A stretch of 64,000 nucleotides of DNA, taken from positions 3,095 through 67,094 of the forward strand of contig JALQTW010000004.1 in the NCBI GenBank assembly GCA_023263945.1. The letters run 5' to 3'. A program made the translations under genes and the position numbers. This document shows positions 1 through 8,072 of the stretch, piece by piece (the stretch's first letter is position 1; every line of letters starts with the position of its first letter). The notes below the pieces were generated by a model. The model saw only the letters and a list, made by a program, of their open reading frames with translations. It did not search any database and was not told the origin of the DNA. Source of the DNA: Patescibacteria group bacterium (GTDB lineage: Bacteria > Patescibacteriota > Gracilibacteria > Peribacterales > Peribacteraceae).

Positions 1-1317
1 CGCATCATTACCAAGCACTACGAGCTGTTCGGCTTCGTGCCGATTGAAGTGGCCGCCGTCGAGCGCGCGGACGTCCTCCTCAGCAAGTCCGGGGAGAACA
101 CCAAGCAGATCTACGGCATCCACCTGCTCGAACGCAGCGACCAGTCGCACGGAGAATCGGACAAGAGCCTCGCGCTCCACTTCGACCTCACTGTGCCGCT
201 CGCCCGCTACGTGGCCCAGAACTACGGCAAACTGGACTTCCCGTTCCGCCGCTACCAGATCCAGAAGGTCTGGCGCGGGGAACGTCCGCAGGAAGGCCGC
301 TTCCGCGAGTTCTACCAGTGTGATATCGACGTCATCGGCGACGGCGATCTCGGCCTTCTGCACGACGCGGAGATGCCCGCCGTTATCTACGGCATCTTCT
401 CGGAACTGCAGGTGGGCAAGTTCGTCATCCGCCTCAACAATCGCAAGATCCATAACGGCCTCCTCGACCATCTGGGCATCCCGCTGCACTACGTCGAACG
501 CAGTGAAGCACAGCCCGGGCCGGACTGGGAGGGACCGGTGGAAGCTCAGCGCAACACGCTGACGCTGATCGACAAGATGGAGAAGGACGGTCTGGAGAAG
601 ACCAAACAGGACTTCCGCGACCATGTCGGTGTTTCCGAGGAAAAGCTCACCGCTCTCCTCGAAGTGCTGACGTTCAAGGATACGCCTGCCGCGACTCTCC
701 AGTGGCTCCAGTCCCGCCAGCACGGTGACCTGTTCACGCAGGGCGTGACCGAACTCACGGAAGTGATCGGCCACATGCGTTCGCTGGGCGTCCCCGACGA
801 CTGCTTCGCCGTCGATCTCGGCATCACGCGCGGTCTCGATTACTACACCGGCACGGTGTACGAGACCATGCTCGTGAACCACGAGAGCATCGGCAGCGTC
901 TGCTCGGGAGGCAGGTTCGACGACCTGGCAAGCACGTTCATCGACCGTAAGCTGCCGGGCGTCGGCATCTCCATCGGGCTGACCCGGCTGTTCACGTCGC
1001 TCCAAAAGCACGGCGTGATCAAGACGGAGGCCAGTCCGAAGTCCACGGCCAAGGTTCTGATCCTCCAGATGCACCCGGACATGCGTTCGGACTGCTTCCA
1101 ACTGGCGACGGACCTGCGCCGCGCGGGCGTGACGTGCGAAGTCTTCTTGGAAGACCGTAAGGTCGACAAGCAGACGAAGTACGCCGTGAAGAAGCGCATT
1201 CCCTACGTCGTGTTCCTCGACCAGAAGCGCAAGGAGCGCGGCGTCTGCACCGTCCGGCATTTCGAGGGGGATGAACAGGAAGTTCCTCTCGAGAAGCTCG
1301 TCGAACACCTCAGTTAA
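1..1317 (+). CDS. hisS: Histidine--tRNA ligase (5' end lies outside the window)
   Basis: HisRS motifs DLTVPLARY, VWRGERPQEGRFREFYQCDID, RGLDYYTG, SGGRFD, GVGISIGLTR plus C-terminal anticodon-binding domain; frame is open back to base 1 (RIITKHYELFGFVPIE). Confidence 0.97.
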   Translation, partial: RIITKHYELFGFVPIEVAAVERADVLLSKSGENTKQIYGIHLLERSDQSHGESDKSLALHFDLTVPLARYVAQNYGKLDFPFRRYQIQKVWRGERPQEGRFREFYQCDIDVIGDGDLGLLHDAEMPAVIYGIFSELQVGKFVIRLNNRKIHNGLLDHLGIPLHYVERSEAQPGPDWEGPVEAQRNTLTLIDKMEKDGLEKTKQDFRDHVGVSEEKLTALLEVLTFKDTPAATLQWLQSRQHGDLFTQGVTELTEVIGHMRSLGVPDDCFAVDLGITRGLDYYTGTVYETMLVNHESIGSVCSGGRFDDLASTFIDRKLPGVGISIGLTRLFTSLQKHGVIKTEASPKSTAKVLILQMHPDMRSDCFQLATDLRRAGVTCEVFLEDRKVDKQTKYAVKKRIPYVVFLDQKRKERGVCTVRHFEGDEQEVPLEKLVEHLS

Positions 1318-1347
1318 CCCATTCCTTCCAAAAGCCGAAGAGCGGCA

Positions 1348-1385
1348 GCCCCAGGGAGACATCCGTCTCCTTGGGGCCCTTTTTT
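1348..1385 (+). terminator. Intrinsic terminator after hisS
   Basis: GCCCCAGGGAGAC-atcc-GTCTCCTTGGGGC stem followed by a T-run. Confidence 0.8.
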
Positions 1386-1439
1386 ACCTCTCATCATCGG
1401 ACTATCATAGTCCGTCCAATCTGTTACTTCCGTATAGCT

Positions 1440-2087
1440 ATGAATCAACCTAACGCGAAATCATACGAAATTTCAGAAGCAGTCGACCGATTGCCTTCCA
1501 TTACATCGTTGTATCGCGATGTTTTTGCTTCTCCTCCCTGGAATGAGGCGTACCGCTGTACCACATGTGAAAAATCATTCGGGAAAGATGTGGGTAGCGA
1601 TTACAATTGCTGCGGCAATCCCGTTGTGGATTACTATCCTCTCGAGGAAACGACTGGAAGAATTCTCGAACAGTTGACCCGAACCAAAGCACGCATCGCA
1701 CTTGCAACCAATGACGCATCGACCGAAAAAATAGTAGGATTTTCTTGGGGATGGGAAGATTCTTTAAAAGACAAGCATGCAGATCATTTCAGCTTCAGTA
1801 GCGACGAGGCTTTGATGATCCGCGATATGCTCGGCTTGTTCGATCAGGATACCTTCTTTTACCTTTCTGAACTCGGATTGCATGAGTCACAGAGAGGCAA
1901 GGGCCTCGGCAAGAAACTCTATGAAACCGTGCTGGAGGCACGAGATCGAATGACCTCCGCAGCCATTCTCATGCGGACAACCAAGAAGTCTCCCGCATTT
2001 TCGATTGCCACGCGTAATCCACTATTCCCACTGAAAGTTGTTCACGAATTTCGTGACGATTTGGATCGCGTAGTCCTTTATTCTTGA
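1440..2087 (+). CDS. GNAT-family acetyltransferase with a Cys-rich (CxxC...CC) insert
   Basis: FYLSELGLHESQRGKGLGKKL acetyl-CoA-binding motif A; YRDVFASPPWNE N-terminus; ATG at 1440 chosen as start. Confidence 0.8.
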   Translation: MNQPNAKSYEISEAVDRLPSITSLYRDVFASPPWNEAYRCTTCEKSFGKDVGSDYNCCGNPVVDYYPLEETTGRILEQLTRTKARIALATNDASTEKIVGFSWGWEDSLKDKHADHFSFSSDEALMIRDMLGLFDQDTFFYLSELGLHESQRGKGLGKKLYETVLEARDRMTSAAILMRTTKKSPAFSIATRNPLFPLKVVHEFRDDLDRVVLYS

Positions 2088-2120
2088 ATTTGAAGCCAAT
2101 AAATGGACTGTATCACCTAG

Positions 2121-2149
2121 TTGACACAACTCGTCCAGCCATCTATGAT
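2121..2149 (+). promoter_or_regulatory. Sigma70-type promoter of the His-leader/racemase operon
   Basis: TTGACA (2121-2126), 17-nt spacer, TATGAT (2144-2149). Confidence 0.8.
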
Positions 2150-2158
2150 CCACTCGCA

Positions 2159-2209
2159 ATGTCCATTCGGACCGTCCGCAACTGGCATCATCACCATCTT
2201 CCCTGCTAA
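2159..2209 (+). CDS. His-rich attenuator leader peptide MSIRTVRNWHHHHLPC
   Basis: ATG 2159, four tandem His codons CAT CAT CAC CAT (2186-2197), TAA 2207-2209; lies between promoter and terminator; too short for the ORF track. Confidence 0.85.
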   Translation: MSIRTVRNWHHHHLPC

Positions 2210-2269
2210 CGGGAGGCGGTGTGCCTGTTGTGAATTTTGTACACTCGCATCTCCCGTGTGAGTTTTTTT
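2192..2269 (+). promoter_or_regulatory. Transcription attenuator (pause 1:2, antiterminator 2:3, terminator 3:4)
   Basis: 1:2 CACC..CTTCCC/GGGAGG..GGTG; 2:3 ACGGGAG-GCG-GTGTGC (2209-2224) with GTACAC-CGC-CTCCCGT (2239-2257); 3:4 ACTCGCAT/GTGTGAGT (2243-2263) plus T-run. Confidence 0.8.
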
Positions 2270-2285
2270 GTTTTATATCCCCATT

Positions 2286-3101
2286 ATGGATCTTAAAGTC
2301 GCCAAAGTACTGCCCGGAGGAAATTCCACGATTATCGTGGAAAGCGAGATCGAACCCGGACTTCGTGCGAAAGTTTCGAACATTCTCATGGGTGCGGATT
2401 ATCTGTGTGCCGAACAGGTGGGATTCCTCCGTTCTCCAATTGATCCACAGAAAGCGGAAGCAAGATTGGAGATGATGGGAGGTGAACTCTGCATCAACGC
2501 TTTGCGATCGACAGCCGCATTGTTGTATTCCAAGGATGTATCGAAAACGAACGTGCGCCTTGAAAGTTCCGGTTTCAGCGGCACCCTCGAATGCACGAAT
2601 GAGACAAAAGATGATCGAATCGAAACGAGCATTCAACTTTCCTGTCCTCTCAATTTTACAGAAAAGCCGTATGGCACGCTCGTTCAGCTGGAAGGAATCG
2701 CCCACCTGGTTCACAAAGTACAGAGCATGCCCGAGAAGAAAAGTGCCGAAGAAGAATTTCGCTCTCTCATCGAGAAGGATGGCGATCTGAGTGCATTGCC
2801 CGCTTGCGGATTCATGCCCTACATCGAAGACGGGACAGTCGTCACATTTATGCCGTTAGTGTACGTGCGCGACACCGATTCGATGATCTTTGAGACCGGT
2901 TGCGGGTCGGGAAGCATTGCCGTTGCGCTTACACGATACAATTCAAATAAAGAAAACAACGCTGTATCTATCCTACAACCGAGTGGCGAAAACTATTCCA
3001 TTGAGATTGTTGACGAAGGAGACAATACAGTACTTGCACGACTTTCCAGTGCTGTATCGATGATTTTTACAGGCACTGTTTCCATTCCTTCTTCTCTATG
3101 A
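2286..3101 (+). CDS. PLP-independent DapF-fold racemase/epimerase, CntK (histidine racemase)-like
   Basis: PGGNSTIIV, CAEQVGF, RLEMMGGELCINA and ETGCGSGSIA; two catalytic Cys motifs matching the CntK pattern (PSGNMTILV, CEQVGF, EFCGNA, ENSCGSG). Confidence 0.8.
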   Translation: MDLKVAKVLPGGNSTIIVESEIEPGLRAKVSNILMGADYLCAEQVGFLRSPIDPQKAEARLEMMGGELCINALRSTAALLYSKDVSKTNVRLESSGFSGTLECTNETKDDRIETSIQLSCPLNFTEKPYGTLVQLEGIAHLVHKVQSMPEKKSAEEEFRSLIEKDGDLSALPACGFMPYIEDGTVVTFMPLVYVRDTDSMIFETGCGSGSIAVALTRYNSNKENNAVSILQPSGENYSIEIVDEGDNTVLARLSSAVSMIFTGTVSIPSSL

Positions 3102-4687
3102 ACAACGAACTTACTTCCAGCGGCATGGACACCGCCCGCATTGATCGCGAAACAAAGGGATTCGCCTCAGGCATTCCGCAATTTCTGGCACAATCTTGGC
3201 AGGGAACGCTCTTCGGAACCGAGCGCAACAGTATGAAGCCTTCTGAGGCTGCCGGACTGCAGGATGCCGTCGAAGCGGCGGTCCGGAAAGAGTTGAGTGA
3301 TGTGCACCCTGAACAGATGCGGCTGATTCTTGATCACGCGAAAGCAGTAATGCTTTGTTTCCTGCAGAGTAAAGACATCGTCGCCACGATTGATCAAAAC
3401 GGTCTCGCGGATCTGACACGCGCTGCGATCGCTTCATGCAAGGATCCTAACTACTTCGAAGACATGGAAATTCGCATCGGTTTCGGTTCAGCTCCACTGT
3501 CATCCCCCAATGCACGTGTACCCGCATACGTGCTTTCAGCAAAAAAAATTCTTGAATCCCTACTGAAAGGTCGCGAACGATCCGAATTGCTGACACGCTT
3601 GGATATGGTTTCTCCAAAATTTCCTGCGAACAAATACGGAAAACTGCGGACGAATCTTTTATTTGATCGACCATTGAGCGAGGAACAGACTCAATTGCTG
3701 TCTGCAATGCAAGAAATGCTTGAAGCAAGTATTTCATCTGATGCAACAGCGGAAGCCACGGTAGAAACGCCTTTCCCCAAAACGCTGCCGACGGTAATTC
3801 TCTACTCGGCACACAATTTCGTCGGCAATACAAATGGCGACGCCGAAGCGGTTCGTTCATGTGCCCTGGCGAACATGAAATATTTGCAAGCCTTTGTTAA
3901 AGAAGCATGTGCCCCGAAAATCGTCGAACGATTCAGGTTTGATGAAGATCTCGAAGTGGAGGAAGCAAGTGTTCTCGGCAGGATGATCGAGTATTTCGCC
4001 TACACATTCAGAATCGCGACAGACGAGCGAACCATCCAGGCACGCGATAAAGTATTGGGTTTTGGAAGAAATCATGCCAAAGGAAATGAAGAAGGCTCAC
4101 TACGTTACGGCGTCTCACACGCACTGTATTCAGGCGATGCTATTGAATTGCCCTGTGTGCAGATGCTCCGCGAAGCTCCAGCAAAACCCCGAAAGTTGAT
4201 CATGATCGGCGGCGAGCCGGAAAAAGTCTTTTGGAAAGTGCGCCAGGCGGTTTGTCGCGAAGCGACTCTTGAAGGTGGCATTGGCTATTTCCGACGTCGC
4301 ATGGAGGAGATTGGTGTACTGCAAGAAGGATCGGGATATCCGGAAGTTCTACAACTTGTTGAAGGCCAAATGTTCGCAGAGAAAGAAGATTTACTCCGCA
4401 TACAACTGATCTCGAAAGTTGGAGAAATTCCTGTATATTCGGCGGAAAAAGCTGATAAAGAACCTTCTGTAGAGCAGATTATGGCAATGACACTTAATGA
4501 AATCATCCAAAAAGATATGGAGAGGACCTCCGTCAAAGAAGATCTGTTGCATCTCATTGCCGATCTTGGGGGAGTGCGAGCGGATGTTGTTCGCGATATC
4601 GCGAAGGGCAAACCAATGCAGCCGAGTGTTGCAGAAGGCATGGAACGCGGTTTGCAGCGCCTTAAGGGCATTATCGTATCCATGTGA
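3098..4687 (+). CDS. Unknown 529-aa protein, translationally coupled to the racemase (ATGA overlap)
   Basis: Long ORF with 4-nt overlap; no family confidently recognised. Confidence 0.75.
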   Translation: MNNELTSSGMDTARIDRETKGFASGIPQFLAQSWQGTLFGTERNSMKPSEAAGLQDAVEAAVRKELSDVHPEQMRLILDHAKAVMLCFLQSKDIVATIDQNGLADLTRAAIASCKDPNYFEDMEIRIGFGSAPLSSPNARVPAYVLSAKKILESLLKGRERSELLTRLDMVSPKFPANKYGKLRTNLLFDRPLSEEQTQLLSAMQEMLEASISSDATAEATVETPFPKTLPTVILYSAHNFVGNTNGDAEAVRSCALANMKYLQAFVKEACAPKIVERFRFDEDLEVEEASVLGRMIEYFAYTFRIATDERTIQARDKVLGFGRNHAKGNEEGSLRYGVSHALYSGDAIELPCVQMLREAPAKPRKLIMIGGEPEKVFWKVRQAVCREATLEGGIGYFRRRMEEIGVLQEGSGYPEVLQLVEGQMFAEKEDLLRIQLISKVGEIPVYSAEKADKEPSVEQIMAMTLNEIIQKDMERTSVKEDLLHLIADLGGVRADVVRDIAKGKPMQPSVAEGMERGLQRLKGIIVSM

Positions 4688-4771
4688 TGCGACCCAGCGC
4701 TTTACTGAACTAGAGTGGTGCAGAGGGGCCTGTGGGACGTAGGATGTTCTGGTATGCACAACTGGAATGCA

Positions 4772-5254
4772 ATGAAAGGCAAGGTCTACGTGACCTCAGG
4801 TGTCGGCTACGGCACTACGCCCTTAGCCGCTTTTGATGCCGCAGAGGTGCAAGCAAAAATCATGGCAACCAATGCAATCCGGGTCACTTCATTCGTGCCG
4901 CCGCATTGGGAAATTGTCACGAACAATGCAGAACTTGAAAAACTCTCCGGCAAAGGTGCCTTCCTTCCGATGGCTTATCAATACGCGGTTTCCAATGCAG
5001 AGCGGGCAACATCGGCGCTCGTCATCGGCGTGAACGAGAACCCAGAACACGCATCTATCATCATGGAACATGCGGAGGTCGGCATGCATCAGGACAAGCT
5101 CCTCGTCATCGCGAAGAAATCGATTCAGGAGGTCTTCGGTTTTCGGAATTGGAAGGTCAAAGAATATGTCGAGACGACGGCAAGCGCCGAGCCGAAGGAC
5201 GGCCAGTATGTTTGCGCCCTCGTCGCTGCCCTGTATTTCCCTGATGGGGAGTAG
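4772..5254 (+). CDS. Pyruvoyl-dependent amino-acid decarboxylase (PdaD/arginine decarboxylase family)
   Basis: VTSGVGYGTTPLAAFDAA...NAIRVTSFVPP self-cleavage region, IIMEH, CALVAALY; start may be 4754 or 4772. Confidence 0.75.
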   Translation: MKGKVYVTSGVGYGTTPLAAFDAAEVQAKIMATNAIRVTSFVPPHWEIVTNNAELEKLSGKGAFLPMAYQYAVSNAERATSALVIGVNENPEHASIIMEHAEVGMHQDKLLVIAKKSIQEVFGFRNWKVKEYVETTASAEPKDGQYVCALVAALYFPDGE

Positions 5255-5345
5255 TCAGGTCAATTCGGACAGCGGAAAGCCTTGAACCGCATTCCTGAGT
5301 GCGTTCATTTTCTCAAAGATTCGGTTTGGAAGGTATACTGCCAAT

Positions 5346-6500
5346 ATGAAAGATCGAAAATTGTCCAAGGAAAAGCTCGCTGCCGAGATGGCCGCGCCTA
5401 TTAAACGCAAGGAGGCCGAGCTGGCTGAGAAAGAGAAGAACTTGGAAGAATCGTTCAAGAAGAAAATAAGCGTAGAACGTGAGCAAATTTGGCAAGAAGC
5501 GGATAAGAAGGCGCGGGAAGAGGTCGGAACAAAGCTGACCGATTTGGAACAGGCGTATGCCGACAAAGATCGCAAACTGCGTGAAGCAGAACAGAGAGAA
5601 TTGGATCTGATGAAAAAGCAGCGGGAACTCGAAGAAAAAGAGCGAACAATGGAACTGGAAGTCGAACGCAAGCTTTCGCAGGAGCGAAAGAAGATCGAGG
5701 GTGATGCCCAGAGCAAGGCTGCGGACGAATACCGTCAGCAGCTCATGGCAAAAGATGAGCAGATGGATCAGATGAGAAAAACAATCGACGATCTGAAGCG
5801 CAGGAGTGAACAGGGTTCGATGCAGATCCAAGGAGAAATCCAGGAAGACGGTCTGAAGATCGACCTGTGTGCCGCCTTCCCGGAAGACACCGTGGAGGAT
5901 GTGCCAAAGGGCGTTTGCGGTGCGGATCTCATTCAGACCGTACGTACCCGTGGCAATTTTTGCGCGGGCACGATGATTTGGGAGAGCAAGAACACAAAGA
6001 ACTGGGGCGGCGACTGGATCAAAAAACTCAAGGATGACCAAGTGGAGGCAAAGGCGGATCTTTGCATCATCGTTTCACAGGTGTTGCCTGAAGGGATGAA
6101 GGGATTCGGGCTCGTTGACGGCGTCTGGGCGACCAATCTGCATCACGCCTTGCCTCTGGCTCACGCTCTGCGTCACCAGCTTTTGCAGCTTGCACAGGTA
6201 AAAGCATCCCTCGTTGGCAAAGACGAGAAAATGGAAATTCTGTACCGCTATCTGACAAGCCCGCAATTCAAGAACCGAATGGAGAACATCGTAAGCGCGT
6301 TCATGAGCATGCAGACCGATCTCGAAAGCGAGAAACGGGCTTTCCAAAAGCACTGGAAGAAGCGGGAAAAGGAAATCGAACGTGTCATAGAAAACACCAC
6401 TGGCATGTATGGTGACTTCCAAGGCCTGATCGGAGCGGCCTTGCCGACGATCTCAAATCTCGAATTGCCATCGGGTGAGGATGAGGTTGAAGAGGCGTAG
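5346..6500 (+). CDS. DUF2130-family coiled-coil protein
   Basis: Long coiled coil followed by QGSMQIQGEIQE, GADLIQ, IWESKNTKNW, KLKDDQ. Confidence 0.85.
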   Translation: MKDRKLSKEKLAAEMAAPIKRKEAELAEKEKNLEESFKKKISVEREQIWQEADKKAREEVGTKLTDLEQAYADKDRKLREAEQRELDLMKKQRELEEKERTMELEVERKLSQERKKIEGDAQSKAADEYRQQLMAKDEQMDQMRKTIDDLKRRSEQGSMQIQGEIQEDGLKIDLCAAFPEDTVEDVPKGVCGADLIQTVRTRGNFCAGTMIWESKNTKNWGGDWIKKLKDDQVEAKADLCIIVSQVLPEGMKGFGLVDGVWATNLHHALPLAHALRHQLLQLAQVKASLVGKDEKMEILYRYLTSPQFKNRMENIVSAFMSMQTDLESEKRAFQKHWKKREKEIERVIENTTGMYGDFQGLIGAALPTISNLELPSGEDEVEEA

Positions 6501-6597
6501 GACTATACCTTCGATTGCATGATTTTCATCGGATTGTCCTCTGCTGGATATCTCGGATTTTCTGTAGTGTAAGAGCAAAACGGTAGGGCTCAGGTGT

Positions 6598-6672
6598 TGG
6601 CTGGGGAGGAGGGATTCGAACCCCCGAATGCCTGCTCCAGAGGCAGGTGCCTTACCACTTGGCTACTCCCCA
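6598..6672 (-). tRNA. tRNA-Gln (anticodon CUG) with encoded CCA
   Basis: Reverse complement TGGGGAGTAGCCAAGTGGTAAGGCA-CCTGC-CTCTGGA-GCAGG-CATTCGGGGGTTCGAATCCCTCCTCCCCAGCCA folds as a cloverleaf. Confidence 0.96.
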
Positions 6673-6724
6673 ACGTGCGCGGAATAGTAGCATAGTTGTT
6701 TGTGCTCTGTATTTGAAATCAATT

Positions 6725-8023
6725 TCAGAGCGCTTCAATACTTATTTCTTCTATATTTCCTCGTTCTCGAAATTCAATAAGCATGGAATTCATGAATGCT
6801 CTTCTGGGAACTTCCACTTCCATCTCAAATGCATAACGGTGCGGCTCAATGATTTTGCTGTTGAATGACAGTAAGTTTCCTTTATTGCTGCTGATAATAC
6901 CTACATTCGTCGCAAGAACGCCTATTTCACTTTTTGGAACAAGACGAAGTTTGTATCGCCTTCCACGGAGGACATTCCGAAAACTCCCCCAATCGATGGG
7001 AGGATGTTTTTTTACGACGTCCCCATTCGGCTCATTGCTGCTACCTTTCTCTAGCTGATCCTGCCAGCTTTGCCAGCGTACAGGCTTTTCTACATGAGGA
7101 AGCCTTCCGATCGTCCGTTTCAGTTTGCTCAGCCGCGCTACGTTACTGGTATCCATTTCCATAAAAAGAGTGACAGCTTGTTGAATTTCCCCTTCTTTGG
7201 GGGGCTTATTGTGGATTGCCGTAATATTGACGCCATGGTCTGCAAGCGGGCGGAGCACTTCATACAAAGAACCACGCCTGTTCAGAATGCGAAGAAGAAC
7301 GGCATGGTAGGGCATATCGTTATCATCGTCAGGTTCTCGTGATTCATAATCACGCTGCAAAAGGAGCATTTGCGTCACATTCCTTGAACCAGGAAGATTC
7401 GAAGCATCATCGTGATGCACATTTAAATTCAGTGCTTCCGCCGCACTGCGCGTGCCAAGTCCTACAAGATTTGGATCCTTTTTTTCGTGAACCTGTTTGA
7501 GTCCCAGTACGGTTGAGGGCATTCCCTCATGCGTTGAAATGGTATCAATCTTTCCGGGAACCAGAACCGGCGCATGAGCCAGTTCTTTACTGACGTTGGA
7601 TGTTCCGACCATGTTAGATGATTGCCGAAGAGCCTGGAAGTGCGAAGCGACCGCAGTTGCTTTGGAAGTATCGTTTCCTACGCCACAGAGACACATGTAC
7701 ACATGATGATGTGTTGTTGCGACAATTCTCATCCCGGGATCTCTCAAAATAGCCTCGATGAATCTCCAATGTTCCGGAACAAGGCCCGAACTCGTATTTT
7801 CTAAAGGAATAAGCATGGATGTTCTTCCAAGTTTTTGTTGATTCCACACTTCATCAATGGTTGGTAGATTGACGACTTCAACGGCTTGTCCGTGATATTC
7901 CTGATAATGCGCCGCTAAATTCCTCGCAGCTTCATCGGAATAGGAATATTGTCCAAGCGCTGCCAGACGTGTTGGTCCGTCCGGTTGCGGAAGGAGCCGT
8001 GAAGGTGGCTTTACCAAGTTCAT
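6725..8023 (-). CDS. Divergent prephenate dehydratase-like protein (PDT plus two ACT domains)
   Basis: SYSDEAA, IPLENTSSGLV, SHFQALRQ; ACT domain NRRGSLYEVLRPLADHGVNITAI; second ACT-like C-terminus. Confidence 0.7.
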   Translation of the reverse strand: MNLVKPPSRLLPQPDGPTRLAALGQYSYSDEAARNLAAHYQEYHGQAVEVVNLPTIDEVWNQQKLGRTSMLIPLENTSSGLVPEHWRFIEAILRDPGMRIVATTHHHVYMCLCGVGNDTSKATAVASHFQALRQSSNMVGTSNVSKELAHAPVLVPGKIDTISTHEGMPSTVLGLKQVHEKKDPNLVGLGTRSAAEALNLNVHHDDASNLPGSRNVTQMLLLQRDYESREPDDDNDMPYHAVLLRILNRRGSLYEVLRPLADHGVNITAIHNKPPKEGEIQQAVTLFMEMDTSNVARLSKLKRTIGRLPHVEKPVRWQSWQDQLEKGSSNEPNGDVVKKHPPIDWGSFRNVLRGRRYKLRLVPKSEIGVLATNVGIISSNKGNLLSFNSKIIEPHRYAFEMEVEVPRRAFMNSMLIEFRERGNIEEISIEAL

Positions 8024-8072
8024 ACAAGTGAGGCATTCTACCAGCACCTGTCGCGGGAAGAAACGCTCGATA

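Noticed and set aside
2022..2714. 230-aa minus-strand ORF over the attenuator and racemase
   Set aside because: Overlaps a well-supported plus-strand gene and regulatory region; no motifs
2286..4687. Canonical staphylopine (cntKLM) cluster
   Set aside because: No recognisable nicotianamine synthase, opine dehydrogenase or metal ABC transporter; control appears to be by His attenuation
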